Assembly: GCF_009914755.1 (NCBI RefSeq)
Contig: NC_060934.1
Origin: the human T2T-CHM13v2.0 reference genome, Homo sapiens
Length of the DNA stretch: 64,000 bases
Direction: 5' to 3' (one strand)
Part shown: piece by piece, positions 1-12,677 of the stretch
How the letters are laid out: the number at the start of each line of letters is the position of its first letter
Position numbering within the stretch: position 1 is the first letter of the stretch
Notes under the pieces: model-generated
What the model saw: the letters and a program-made list of their open reading frames with translations, nothing else
Database searches by the model: none
What the model was told of the DNA's origin: nothing
Program-made: the position numbers and the translations under genes

Positions 1-84
1 CTCTCCTGGTAACAACAGGGGCTAAGGTTTCAGAAAAAGGATATGGTGTTGTGGTGGGACCTTGTTTGACAGATGGAGGTCTGG

Positions 85-350
85 ATTTTCCTGATGAAGT
101 GTTGGCTCACCTGGGAGCTGAAGGGTGCAGAGTTAACTAGAGGAAAAGAGGAGAGGGAAGAGCATCACAGGCAGAGGGCACAGCAAGTGCAAAGCCTCTT
201 GACTGGAGGGAGTTTGGTGATTATGAGGAGGAACCGAAAAGAGGCCTGAGTGGTTGTTGAAGGAAGACGGGCAAAACTGAACCTGGGGAGGCGAGCAGGG
301 TCAGTTAATGGAAGGCCTCACAGGTGGTGGCCAGGAATTTTATTTTTTTT
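85..350 (-). mobile_element. L2 LINE fragment (old, degraded)
   Basis: Resembles antisense L2 3' region: ggaagagcatcacaggcagagggcacagcaagtgcaaag...ggccaggaattttatttt. Confidence 0.65.
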
Positions 351-2341
351 AAATGTGAAATAATTATGGAGGTTGTATTCACTGCAAGCCAAACTCAAAC
401 TTCTTCTTCTCACTGTAATATAATCATAGTTCCTTTCCTCTTCAATTCTGGGGACCTATATTGGAACTTTCAGCTGAGGATTTCAAACTGAATTTCTTTG
501 TTTTTTGAAATTCCTTCTGCAAAGGTGTTTGGCATAGAAATGAGGACAGCAGCTATAGAGCACCTAAAATTTTCTACAGGTATCTCAAGATGGAGTGTCT
601 TAAGAGTCAGAAATTGTGACATGCATGAAAAGATAAAGATATATGTCTTTTCTATGTAGCATGTACACAGGAGGCACTTAATAAATGCTTGCTGATGAAT
701 CAGAGGTGACATCCAGCTCTCAGGAATGCAAAACAATGTTTTCTGTTTTCCAGCTATCTGAACGTTGCTAACAGAGGGCCTGGGGAGGAGGGACGGGCAC
801 GACCGCATCTGCTCCTCTGTCCTGTGTGCGTGTTTGGCCACCTGATGCCAACTCCATGATGGCACATTTGTCTTATTAAGTGTAAGCCAATTCCTCTCCC
901 CCTTCCAGGGCCCTCCTGATGGTGGCTGTGGAGGACAGGGATATGCTGTGAAAGCCCAGTTATTATGGTCTGTAAAGGGAGGTGGTGGCTGCTGGGGAAT
1001 GATCAAATGAAGACAAATGCATTGTTAAGTTTTTATGGACCAAGGCCGCACTTTCATTAAGCGTAATTTACATAACATAACTGATGCTCAAGGCCAAACA
1101 GTCCTTGTGCCCCAGTGACAGTCCCTGACAACCCATGGACCGAGGCCTCATGCACAATCCCCCAGGTCAGGAAACCTCCTCCTTCTCCTTGCTAGCTCAG
1201 CACGCTGGTTGCTCCAGTGCTCTCATTTTGACCTCTCAAGCCAAATGCTGATGACATCAAAGCTACCCATTCTACTACCGATTAGCAGTAAAACCATCGG
1301 GCACTCTCTGGGCAGAGTTCAGGTGCTATGTTCCTTCCTCTTTTCCCACAGGAGTTGGCTTCCTGGTCTGAACCCTCCATAAGCCCTGGCTGGGAATTTT
1401 CCTCACTGTGACCTTGTGAGCAGTCCCTGGTTACCCTCAAGGATTGTGCCAAGCAGGCTCTGGGTTAACATCTTGGAGAGTACAGAGTAGGCTGATAATC
1501 AGCCTATGCTCAACAGCACACCCAAGAGTTGAAGATTTCTGATGGCATCCCTGGGGTGCTCAGCAGTGGCCTTTGTCTGCACCCATCTTCATTACATGTT
1601 AATACCACCAGAGACACTTTGAGGTCAGCCTTTTCACCTTGCACGGCAAAGCAATTATCATTTCCTTTCATTGCAGGGGTGGGCGTTGGTTATCACATGA
1701 TGGATTTTTGCTGGTAATCAGAACTTTCTGCCCATTGGTCTTCAAGACATACTTTTGTGTTGACATTTACAAGGTATGTGTCAGGCAGAGCCGAGGTACT
1801 GAGTGAGGGAATGAAAGGAGGAGGGGGGAGAGGATCATTATATTCAATTTAATGACGACAATTTCCCTACATTTACAACTTCCAGAAGTAAGAGACAATA
1901 GATGTGTGTCTTCTGCTTGCATGTACAATGAAGGAGATGACATGAGGAGATTCTGTTAGTGGGAATGGTGATATATTACCTTAATGATTTCATTGCTTGC
2001 CAAATAAAAGAAAAATTCTCACTGTAGTGCAAAGCCCTGTCCTCATCAAGCTATTCATTGTGAGGCGTTTGTTGTTAAATCGGAGGCATAAGGAGGGGTT
2101 TTGACCTTCCATAAGCTGCTTTTGAATTTTTATTTTTTTCTTGGCTAAATTGATGGTCTGTTTTCTTTTTTTAGTAGACATACGTGAACATTTGTATATT
2201 GAATATTGAAGTTTGTTAATAGATTTGAAGAGCTCTTAGATTTTTTTGGCAGGTGGGTGTTGAATTAATGGAATGTTTCACAATAGAGTTCAATGAAAGC
2301 TCCCCTCCACTATTATGCTAGTGTTTGGAAGGGCAGGCGAC

Positions 2342-2344
<3 letters not shown>

Positions 2345-2398
<54 letters not shown>
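2345..2398. repeat. (GT)27 microsatellite
   Basis: Perfect GT run read directly. Confidence 0.98.
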
Positions 2399-2400
<2 letters not shown>

Positions 2401-2956
2401 GGGAGGGGATGTTTTCATGTGAGCTGTGGATAAACTGAACAAATTTAATTAAGGTCTAAACTGAAGTAGGATCCCATAGTCTAGGTAGGATCCAAGGGAC
2501 TATTTTCTCAGGGCTGCTGGAGGTTGGATAATCTGAATTATAGACAAGGAGGAGTCCAAAGTCTTAGTTCAAGGATGGCACCAAGTGACAAGTCCTGTGA
2601 TCTAGCAGAAGCAGATGGAGAACTAAGAAGAAGATCAGAAACTAAGATGACTTGGAGCCAACTAGAATGAGATCATGGATAGACAGCCTTGTAGGCTAGA
2701 CCTAGGGACAGGAGAATTAGAGTCTTCTGGATTTCCTTATTACATGAACCTGACAGTGGCTGTTTAAAGAAGCAATGCAGGGCCTGACAGTAACTCCTTG
2801 CTTGGCTTCTGCTTACTCTGTGTAGTCTGCTTTTTCTAGTAGGTTATCCAGATTTCCAAAGTGGTGGAGTCAGGTTTGCATGGTAGAGCTTGGGAACTGA
2901 AGGGGACCATTGTGGTCATGGAAGTCATGAGCATCATTTTCCAGTTTAGAAGACTG

Positions 2957-3262
2957 AGGCCTAGGGAGGACAGCAGTTGGGCAGGCCCAACGAAAAATCC
3001 AGTTTAGGAGGTCCGGGGAGGATAGCAGTTCAGGAGGCCTGGGGAGAACTCCAGTCCAGGAGGCCCGGGGAGGACAGCAGTTCAGGAGGCCCAGGGAGCA
3101 CTGCAGTTCAGGAGGCCTGGGGAGAACTCCAGTTCAGGAGGCCGGGGGAGGACAGCAGTTCAGGAGGCCAGAGAATGACAGCAGTTCAGGAGGCTGGGGG
3201 ATGACAGTAGTTCGGGAGGCCTGGGAAGGACAGCAGTTCAGGAGGCCAGGGGAGGACAGCAG
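2957..3262. repeat. G-rich minisatellite, 26-bp unit (ggggaggacagcagttcaggaggccN), about 11-12 copies
   Basis: Units can be aligned by eye; the ORF at 2977-3204 repeats every 26 aa (3 units). Confidence 0.95.
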
Positions 3263-3470
3263 GCATACCCAAGGCCTCTCAGGCATTGCTGTGCTTCCTC
3301 ACCCTGCAATGCTGCCGCCACATCCTGTTGCTCTCTGTTTGTTTGATTGGAGTGGCTCTCCTGAAGCTGGGCTGTTTGCATGCTTGGTAGGCCCCCTTCC
3401 TGAATGTGCCAGCCAGCTCTGGAGCCCTACTCAGTAACTGTTTCGGATGTGATCCTCATCAGATATATTT

Positions 3471-3545
3471 CTACCTACTAGTTGTGTGACTTTGGGCAAG
3501 CCTCTTCACTTCTCCAGGTCTCAGCTTTTCGTAAGTAAAATGTTG
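3471..3545 (+). mobile_element. MIR fragment
   Basis: tagttgtgtgactttgggcaagcctcttcacttctc...ctcagctttt matches the MIR core. Confidence 0.7.
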
Positions 3546-3734
3546 CAAGGTCTCTGTGGACCCTTTCAGCTTAAGCATGACATGTTCTGTAACTAAGGAG
3601 GCCCAGTTATAGAAGCTCCTGGTGTAGCTGACAATGTGAATACAGTCAATCTCAGGAATCTGTGGAAATGGAAGTGATGGCTTATACTTTGGCTCTTCAC
3701 CCACCTGAAAGATCACGTAGAGGAGTTCTCTAGG

Positions 3735-4060
3735 CTGCAAGCTCCTTGAGGCCAGGGGCCATGTGTCATTCATTTTTACACATCCAAAGCCATCAGGCTG
3801 TGTGGTGAATTGTGATGTTTAGTAAATTGGGACTGACTGAATATGAAGTATTAGAGAATTTCAGATGATAAGACATACTTAACATAGACATTGCATAAGC
3901 ATAACACATGTGCCTAGGACATGCCTCCTCAAAAGTGCTCGCTGAGCTCCATTGCAGCAGGGACCACACCTGTCTTATTTACCACTAGGTCTCAAGTTCC
4001 TTGAGCATGACTAGGCACATAGAAGTTGTTTGGTATGTTTGTTGAATAGATGAATGAATA
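3735..4060 (+). mobile_element. Two L2 3'-end fragments
   Basis: gctccttgaggccaggggccatgtgtc and agggaccacacctgtctt...ggcacatag...tttgttgaatagatgaatgaat are typical L2 tails. Confidence 0.65.
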
Positions 4061-4849
4061 AAGATATGACATGAAAGAAGCGTAGTTGAACTTTCCAAGG
4101 TTATTTGGATTATTTGGTGAGAGAATATAAACCTGGAAAAGAGAAGAAAGTAGGAAACTTGGTGGCAATACACCTAGTTTTGCTTTCCTTCCACCCCTAA
4201 GCTGTGGCTGAAATCTCTTGTACATAACAGAAAGTGACAACCAGCAGCCCCATCTTCTAGTTGACATTGGTCTGCAGATGGTTTCTAGTGTATGACTAGG
4301 TAAGTATAGAAACAGAGCATATACATTAGGAAACTTTTACAGAAATTGGACACTGCATGACACCCAAGCATGTGATTGCTGGATTTGTTTGGCTGAACAG
4401 TGTATGGACCAGTTTGTATATTGCTAAAGTCATAAATGAATTGCACATGGTGTATACTGCACACCAGTCCTGTATGGTAGGACCACAAATAGGTCTATGA
4501 CATATCAGGGAAGAAATTATCCTGCACCACATAACTAGAAAGAAACTAGGTGAAATCCTTGGTTTTGTAGCCTAGCAGTCATATTTTTATTAAAATATTG
4601 ATGATCTTGTTTGTCATGTAAAGCTGTTTCTGACTCATCATAATCACATATTTTCTATGTTGTTGATTTGAGAAGGACTGAACTAGCTACACCCCCTCAG
4701 TCAACCAAGTTGAGTTATAATCTGTGTGACAGTGTTTTTCTCTATTTAAAACTAGCTAGTCTTGCATGGCTATTTAACTCACTCCTTTGGCCTCATTAGT
4801 ATTATCCTATAATCAAATAAGCTAATTAAGCTGTTTCCTATCCACTGAT

Positions 4850-5030
4850 CAGAGAATATTAAAGCTCGGAAGGTGACTCTAGCTATCCTCTGCTCCAGCT
4901 CCTTCATTTTTCAGAGCCAGTTAAGGCTCAGAGAGGTTAAGTAAAGTGTCTCAGGTCACACGGTTATTTATAAAAGAATTGGGACTAAATCGTCAGGGCC
5001 CTTTACTCCTAGGTTCTTGTGCTTTTCTAC
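4850..5030 (-). mobile_element. MIR (MIRc/MIR3-like)
   Basis: aggctcagagaggttaagtaaagtgtctcaggtcacac. Confidence 0.7.
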
Positions 5031-5604
5031 TTTATCCTGAAGTTTAATAAAATTCTTTCAGATTTTATAACATCCAAGGTGTGTCTCTGTTGTGGTAAGT
5101 TCTGGGCCGCTATTTGATAGATGACCTAGAATGGACAGATTTTGCTTGCCAAATAATTATAGATGGTTCTACCTTTAAGAAAACTTGGTATCTGAAATTA
5201 TGAACACAGGGAACGAAGAGGTGATTTTATATATAAGTATATATACATTTATACATAAATGTAATATTTATATATAAATATATGATTCATGTAAATAATA
5301 ACAAAATAATATATATGAATGAATTTATAGAAAAATACTGGCTTTGGAGAGATGTGGTGACTGCTATTCCTTATAGTCTCAAAATGAGGATAAAGCTTTA
5401 CATAAAATTATGTATTAATGGAAAAATAATGGAAAAATAGGATACAAATATATTAGTACACGCACATTTTTAGAAATGTATCTATAGGAGAAAATGAGAC
5501 TCTTCTATGAATTAAACTAGGGAGTGTTGACGGAGGCCTGGGTGGGTGAATTTGTTTCCCCCGAACATCATCTCTGTCTTAGCAGGCTTCAGTGTGGTCT
5601 AACT

Positions 5605-5828
5605 GAGGTGTTGGCAAACTTTGACTTGTAAGCCAAATCCTGTTGCTACCTTTTTTTTTTGTAAATAAAGTTTTATTGGAACACAGCTGCACCCATTTAT
5701 ATACTGTCATCTGTGACTGTCTTTGAGCTGCAACTTCAGATTTGTGTCATTGTGACATATGCTTTATGGCCTGCAAAGTCTAAATGTTTACTATCTGGCC
5801 CTTTACAGAAAAAGCTTGGTGACCTCTG
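5605..5828 (+). mobile_element. MER58A hAT-Charlie MITE
   Basis: Diagnostic tttgtaaataaagttttattggaacacagc and ttactatctggccctttacagaaaaag; degenerate 8-bp TSD gtctaact/gtctagat. Confidence 0.9.
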
Positions 5829-8800
5829 GTCTAGATGCATATCTGGTTCATATCACTGATTCTACTACCATAAGGCAGGGGGTCTTCATTTGGAATCTCA
5901 CCTAGCTGAGTTCTGATAGGGAAGGAAGAAAATGAACTTTAATCACCTTGCTCAGAAGCCTGTTTTAAAATCCAGTCACCAGCTGCCGGTTTTTAGTTTA
6001 CCTATGACCTCCTGGAGATCCTGAGAGAATGAAATTAACCACCTCTGGAACAAACATCCGATCTTTTTATTTTTTCCACTTTCTTAAGAGAGTAATAAAT
6101 ATAGTCAATGACTCTGGATTCTATTACTATGTAAGAGCTCTTTAAAAACATCTAACCATCTGCTTAATGGCCAGTAATACGTTTCTAATGGTCACTCTCG
6201 ATAAGACACTTTTAGTTCACTCCTGTAATCGTTGTCCAACAGCCAAGAGGCTCCTGAAGAATATGACCAAAGGCCAGCCCCAGCCCCAGCCCTGTAGCCA
6301 CAGAGGCCTGGCAACAGTACTGAAGAAAAAAAGAGAGAGTTCTGAGAGCTGCATGTGGAAACTCTTTTCTTTCTCTTGACACTCTCCGCGTATGATGAGT
6401 TCGTGATCCACAATAGTGGATCTGAAAACTTCGATTTTTTTTGGCATTTACACGTTCAGGTACAGTTGCAACTAGAGGTCAGTTTAATTAATATCTGTCC
6501 TTTCCTCTCAGATGACATACACTGAACCGTTGTCACTAGAAACTCCACATCCCTGATCTGGGCCCAGCAGCTGGTGACAGCTTGGCAAATTATGAATTTC
6601 CTAGCTTAAAACAGCCTAAATTGCAGACAAAACAAGCCATCAGCTGAGTAAATACTGTATCTCTGTTTAGCTTCTGTAAGAAGAAGGAGATTAGCACGAA
6701 TGTTTAGTGTTCATAATTACTAGTAGGAAGCAAATATTAGGCTCGGGCTGACTGGAGATTATTTCATTATATCCAATTAACACCCACTTGATTATTCTTA
6801 ATTACTTCTGCATGATGACAGAGGAGTAAAGATGTCATACTTCAAATGTACAAATAACATCTGGGCCATCAACGTACATGTATTTGTAATATAATATCCT
6901 GCTCATTTTGGGATGGCTAATATGGTCTTAGCAGAGGGATGGAAAATGAAATGACAAGATTCTGGTAATTACTAAGCGGGTCTTAGACAAGATGCCAAAA
7001 GTAGGTATTAGGATAAAAATGGGCCTTTTGTAGCAATCTAGTTTAGACATGTTTTCTTTAAAAATGCCTTATTACCTTTCTGTGTAAGAATTTCTTTCTT
7101 CCTCTGCCCATTGACTATAGTACAAAGATATAAATGGAAATAGCTAAGTGCAAACTTTCCAGAAAAGAGTGAGCTATATGTGTGTGTGTGTATACATGTA
7201 TGTCAAGTGGTATGAATGGGAATCCCTGCTTCAAGGGTGTTTGTGGAGTTTTGAGAAACTGAGACAAAATCAGCCTGTGTGCGAGATTCTTAATGACCTG
7301 CCTAGTAAAGAATATGAAATGTTAGCAAGTGATGTAATCTCCCAAGCATGTGCGAAGGATAAATACAGTGAGCCAGATTTTCAGGTTCAAACCTGAAATT
7401 AGAACCACCTTTAGGAACACTAGAAATCATCTTTCCTTTCACAAGGAAAAATATGAACAGGTCCTTTCCCTTCAGCTATTGTCTTGAGTTAGAAGGAATT
7501 GCTGGTAGAGCATAGCCTTGCTTTTTGGAGTAGAGATTATTAGAGTCTTAGGTTTCCCCTCCTTGCTTTCTTCTGGTGTTAGGGGTATTGCACTGTCAGT
7601 AACATTGCAATGGATTATTATTTTTTTTCCAGGATCAAACTTTGGTATTAAATCATGCTTAAAGATGGAGGTAACTGTGAGCAGCAAGAATGGTGAGATT
7701 GGGTGATTGTGCAATTGTGCCAGCACACGCCTAGAACTGGCAACTTACTAAAGATCAGAGCTGAACTTGGAGAGGTGGCATGTGGGTACCAAACAAATCC
7801 GGTTGCAGCTCTTGAAGTCACTCAGCAGTTAGTTATTGAGAACTTGCTTGTGCAGAGCATCAAACCAGGCACATGATGGGGGTGGAATGGCCCAAGCCCT
7901 CCCCAGCTGGAGAGACAAGACCATTCTATGATATGGTTATGTTTAATTAATTGCTAAATTGCATGGTTCAAACTAAGGGCTATAGAGGTTTGGCCAAGAG
8001 GGCTGGGCTGATCAAAGAAGAATAAGACTCTAAGACTGGGACCTGAAGGGTAGGTGGATTTTAGCTGGTTAGAAGATGTTCTGGCTATTGGTGCTGTAAA
8101 GGATGGTGGAAGAAAAGCCTGTTCCATGTAAGCAGAAACATGGCCCCCTTATCCTCTGATGCAACCCAGCTCAGGCCCAAGGACTGGCGACCTCAGTAGT
8201 CCTCACTGTAAGCAAACGCAAAGCTCACATCTTGAGATGGAAGGGACATTGCAAAAGGAGAGGGCCCCAAGGAGATGGTGTTAATGAGGATTCCCTGGTA
8301 TCTATTTCCATTATGAGGGAAGAGACATTGGAAAATCTGTCAAAGTCAAAAATTCATAAGTATATTTAAAGATTTAAGCCTGAAATGGAATATCTTAGGC
8401 AGTCATTTGAATTCTCTCTCTATATATGTGGTGGCTGATATTTAAAAGGCACACAAAACATTAAAAAATTACTTTGGGAATAGCATACCCTTCCCTGAAT
8501 AATAAAGAGGTAATATCAGGGAATAGAGTAGTGTCAGGATGTAATCAGTTCTCACCTGACAAATGATGGCCAGGGCCAGGGTTATTCATCTTTGCTGGTG
8601 ATATATGAAGCCGATCCAGGGTTCTCAGAGTTGGACAGAAGGGGTTGTTTGGCAGGTGGTGTGAGGGTCCTGAAGTTGGCTGGATCTTGGTAGTTGTGTT
8701 CATTTTGTAGGTGTGTATATGTGTGGGGGTCATGATGATAGTGAAGAGGACCTGTACCATGCTTTACAAAATGCAACAAGATTGACTTGGTACACAGAGG

Positions 8801-8928
8801 TAGAAGCTTGGATGCCAGCTGGCCATGGTATAGAGCTACTGTAGTGTTGTGTCATGTCATGTTGCACATGGCATGCTTGGCCCACCTGAGAAAACTGCCA
8901 GGAAGCTGTTGAAAGTTTCTTGGCCTAT

Positions 8929-9235
8929 GGCTGGGTGTGGTGGTTCATGCCTATAATTCCAGCACTTTGGGAGGCTGAGGTGGGCAGATTACTTGACATC
9001 AGGAGTTCAAGACCAGCCTAGCCAACATGGTGAAACCCATCTCTACTAAAAATATGAAAATTAGTTGGCCATGGTGGCATATGCCTGTAATCCCAGCTAC
9101 TCGGGAGGCTGAGGCAGGAGAATTGCCTTGAACTGGGGAGGCAGAGGTTGCAGTGAGCCAAGATCGCACCACCGCACTCCAGCCTGGGCAACAGAGCTAG
9201 ACTCAGTCTCACAAAAAAAAAAAGAAAGAAAGAAA
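8929..9235 (+). mobile_element. AluS, full length, with A/(GAAA)n tail
   Basis: Dimeric Alu; TSD-like gaaagtttcttggcc / gaaagtttcctggcc. Confidence 0.97.
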
Positions 9236-9387
9236 GAAAGTTTCCTGGCCATATTGTGTTGTGTAGCGTAGTGGCTGGCCCACCTGAGAAAACTGCCAGG
9301 AAGCTGTTGAGAGGTCCCTGCCCTTCCCTGTAGGAAGAAACAAGAATGGATTTGGCTTAATTACTGCAGACATGTGTCTTATAGCCC

Positions 9388-9510
9388 CTTGCTACCACAA
9401 GTGTAGTCCATAGACCTGCAGCATTGGCATTTTCTAGGGGTTTGGTAGAAATTCTGATTGTTGGGTCCCATCCCAGTTGCTGAATCAGAATCAGCATTTT
9501 CAGAGGAGAC
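9388..9510. mobile_element. MER5-family hAT fragment
   Basis: aagtgtagtccatagacctgcagcattggcat...gctgaatcagaatcagcatttt. Confidence 0.7.
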
Positions 9511-9514
9511 CTGA

Positions 9515-10140
9515 GGGAGGGGAGCAGAGGAGCCATCTTGATGTCTGTGGAGGTAACAGCACACACAAAGCCTTGAGGCAGAAGCTTGCTGGTGACTTTG
9601 CAATTGGGTGAGAAGGTCATTGTGGTGAGATGGGGAAGCAAGGTACTACTTCAAAGGCTGGGTCATGGGTGACCTCAAAGGCTCTGGTCAGGACTTTGGG
9701 TTTTATTGTATATTAGAGGGGAAGCCATTGAAAGGCTTTGACATAATTTGACTTGATTTTAGACTCCTACTGATCACTCTGGTTGGTGGATCAGAGTGTG
9801 ATTGCCATGGGGGTAGTGGGACATGGTCACATTCTGGATGTTTTAGAAGAAAGAGTTGAAAGGATTGGCTGACTGGAAATACCATGTAAGAGACAGAGAT
9901 GAACAACAGGAAGAGTGGAGGTGCCATTTACTGGCAAGGAGGGGCAGATTTGGGGCTGAGAATTAGGTTCTGGACATATTAAACTGGAGATGCTTATCAG
10001 CCATCCAAATGGAGATGTCAAGAAGGTAACTGAATTGAGAGGACCCCTGTGGGGAGGGGTCAGGACTGGAGCTAGAAACTTGGGAGTTTCTGTCAGTATG
10101 TAGGTGATATTTAAAGTCATGAGGCTGAATGAGATCACTT
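9515..10140 (-). mobile_element. L2a fragment
   Basis: ggagatgcttatcagccatccaaatggagatgtcaag...gtaggtgatatttaaagtcatgaggctgaatgagatcac is classic antisense L2. Confidence 0.85.
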
Positions 10141-11758
10141 CATTCCCCACCAGATACATGTAGGGAATTAGCGTGACAGTGATGATCAATGGGTTTTGGT
10201 GATCATGGTGGTATTGCTGGAACTTAATCAGCTCTAATGTCCTCTGATTCCATATAGTGCACTTGCTCGTTATATTCCTTGTCTATTCTCATTTTGAATG
10301 TAATTTTAATATTCATCAATTGCAGCAAAAGGAAGAAAATATGTTATTAACTGGACCCTTCAGCTTCTGCCTGTCTATGCCAACTCCAGTGCACACTAGG
10401 GAAACCTGGACTCCACACTGACTGGGATGTCCCTGTCACCTTGAATTGGCTCAGCCCAGGGAGCTCTGGGTGGCAGGGCCCTGAAATCCTGCCCTATTGC
10501 AGCACAAAGCAGGATGGATGAGATATTGCAACTCACTACTTACAGGTGTTCTTTAAGGGAGCGCTTAGGAAGTTTTACTCAGTTTAACTTAAGACATAAG
10601 TAATACCATTCCCAATTCAGGGCAATGGCTTAGAACCTGACTCAATGTCCTTTTTACTAAGTAATTATCCAGATTTCCTTGCTAAATGTTATTTTATATA
10701 TTATGTTTAATAGCCTCTTTCTTTTGGCTATGGAAGGATGGTAATAGCAGCCGATAATGTATCACATACTCATCTCAAAGTTCTGCCTCTGGCACCTGTG
10801 GCTGGAGTAGAGGGAAGCTTGTGGTCAGGCCTCAGACAAATTCCATGTCCCTACTCACTGGTCCTGGGTTGGTTCACTTCTCAGGGGCCTAAGGAATCAC
10901 AGATAACTTTTTAACCTTTAAAACATTCCTCATTTTTAAAGATTTGGGTAAACCTATAGAGCTCATCTGGCCAAACTGCTCCTTTGCCTCAATTCAGAGC
11001 CCCCATGGGACAACTGTGGGTAATAGAAAGCCCTAGTAGAGAGGAACTGAGCAGCATAGACTTTTGGGCAATGGTTAGATGTCATAAATGCATGATAAAA
11101 ATTAAGCCACCACTGCATCTCAAGATAGCCAATTCCTTTTAGTACCCTGAGGCTGGCTTTCAGTAAAGGTTCACTGGGTTGGACTCGTGTGATAGGAATT
11201 AGGTTACTGTGTTGTTTGTACAGCGTGTGTTTGGTAGCATGCACATGGGCTTCTTAGTGACGACCTGGTGATGCAAACAGTCTTCCAGTAGCTACTGGAC
11301 ACCTACTGTTTGCCAGTTGACCCCCTAAAGAGTTACTGAGGGCTCAGTGGGTGCTAGGCATATAGATGACACCAAAATATTTGTCATTGATCTCCATCTG
11401 CCCTGAAATTATGTTCTCCAGATAGTCAAGGCTAAAACCCACATCAAAAATATGTATGAAAACCTAAGAGAGCAGGGAATGACATTGGCCATTGTATTTA
11501 TAAACAGGTTAGACGTATTTCCTGCCCTCAGAGACTTTCCAGTCTAGAAGGGAAGCAGAGTATATTTGCATGAAATGCCAAATAACAGAATAATGCTTAG
11601 TATTAGTTTGAAAGCGGAAGTGGCAGAGCTTCCAGGAATCCTGAGGATGTGTGAACCTTTTGGCTACATCTCAGAATCACCTGGTGAACTGTTGAAAACT
11701 GAGATGCCTGTGCCCAGCCCCAGACTCATTGGGCATCTGTGTGTTGAAAAGTTCCCTG

Positions 11759-12064
11759 GGCTGGGCATAGTGGCTCACACCTGTAATCCCAGCACTTTGG
11801 GAGGCCGAGGCGGGTGGACCTTGAGGTCAGGTGTTCAAGACCAGCCTGGCCACGATGGGGAAACCCCATCTCTACTAAAAATACAAAAATTAGCTGGGCG
11901 TGGTGGCATGTGCCTGTAATCCCAGCTACTCAGGAGGCTGAGGCAGAGAGTTGCTTGAACCTAGGAGGTGGAGGTGGCAGTCAGCCGAGATCACACCACT
12001 GCACTCCAGCCTGGGTGACAGACTGACTCCGTCTCACAAAAAAAAAAAACAAAAAAAAAAGAAA
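11759..12064 (+). mobile_element. AluS, full length
   Basis: Dimeric Alu; TSD gaaaagttccctg / gaaaagttctctg. Confidence 0.97.
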
Positions 12065-12086
12065 GAAAAGTTCTCTGGGTGATTCT

Positions 12087-12677
12087 TTGTTTTTTTCTTT
12101 TTAGAACCTGATAATACTTGATTTTTTAATTTTGTTTTTTATTTTTCCATAAGTTATTGGGGGTACAGGTGGTATTTGGTTATATGAGTCAGTTCTTTAG
12201 TGGTGATTTGTGAGATTTTGGTGCACCCATCACCTGAGCAGTATACACTGCATCCTATTGTAGTCTTTTATCCCTCGTCCCCCTCCCACTCTTCCCCCCA
12301 AGTCCCCAAATTCCATTGTATCATTCTTATGCCTTTGTGTCATCATAGCTTAGCTCCCACATATCAGTGAGAACATACGATGTCTGGTTTTCAGTTCCTG
12401 AGTTGCTTCACTCAGAATAATAGTCTCCAATCTCATCCAGGTCTCTGCAAATGCCGTTAATTCCTTCCTTTTTATGGCTGATTAGTATTCCACTGTATAC
12501 ATATACCACAGTTTCTTTATTCACTTGTTGATTGTTGGGCATTTAGGTTGGTTCCATGATTTTGCAATTGTGAATTGTGCTGCTATAAACATGTGTGTGC
12601 AAGTATCATTTTCATATAATGACTTCTTTTCCTCTGGGTAGACACCCAATAGTGGGAGAACCAAAAGTAGATCTACC
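12087..12677 (-). mobile_element. L1PB-type 3' fragment (ORF2 end, 3'UTR, poly-A) with a short 5' inversion
   Basis: The minus-strand ORF 12521-12799 contains L1 ORF2 C-terminal LLGVYPEEKKSLY..TCTHMFIAAQFTIAKSWNQPKCP; L1PB-like 3'UTR; flanking gtgattct repeat. Confidence 0.9.

Noticed and set aside
470-1006. Longest ORF (178 aa, minus strand)
   Set aside because: Non-ATG start, no recognisable domain, crosses an L2 tail near 640-700; within chance expectation for 64 kb
1352-1773. Possible exon from acceptor ttccttcctcttttcccacag to donor aag|gtatgt
   Set aside because: Long for an internal exon, with no coding signal or supporting context; such pairs are common by chance
2977-3437. Repetitive peptide ORFs, and a possible CRISPR-like reading of the 26-bp array
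   Set aside because: The units are directly adjacent with no unique spacers and the DNA is primate; the ORFs are by-products of a stop-poor minisatellite
6392-6525. Box C (ATGATGA) with CTGA boxes and a 7-bp hairpin, resembling a C/D snoRNA
   Set aside because: No terminal stem, atypical spacing, and no recognisable rRNA or snRNA guide
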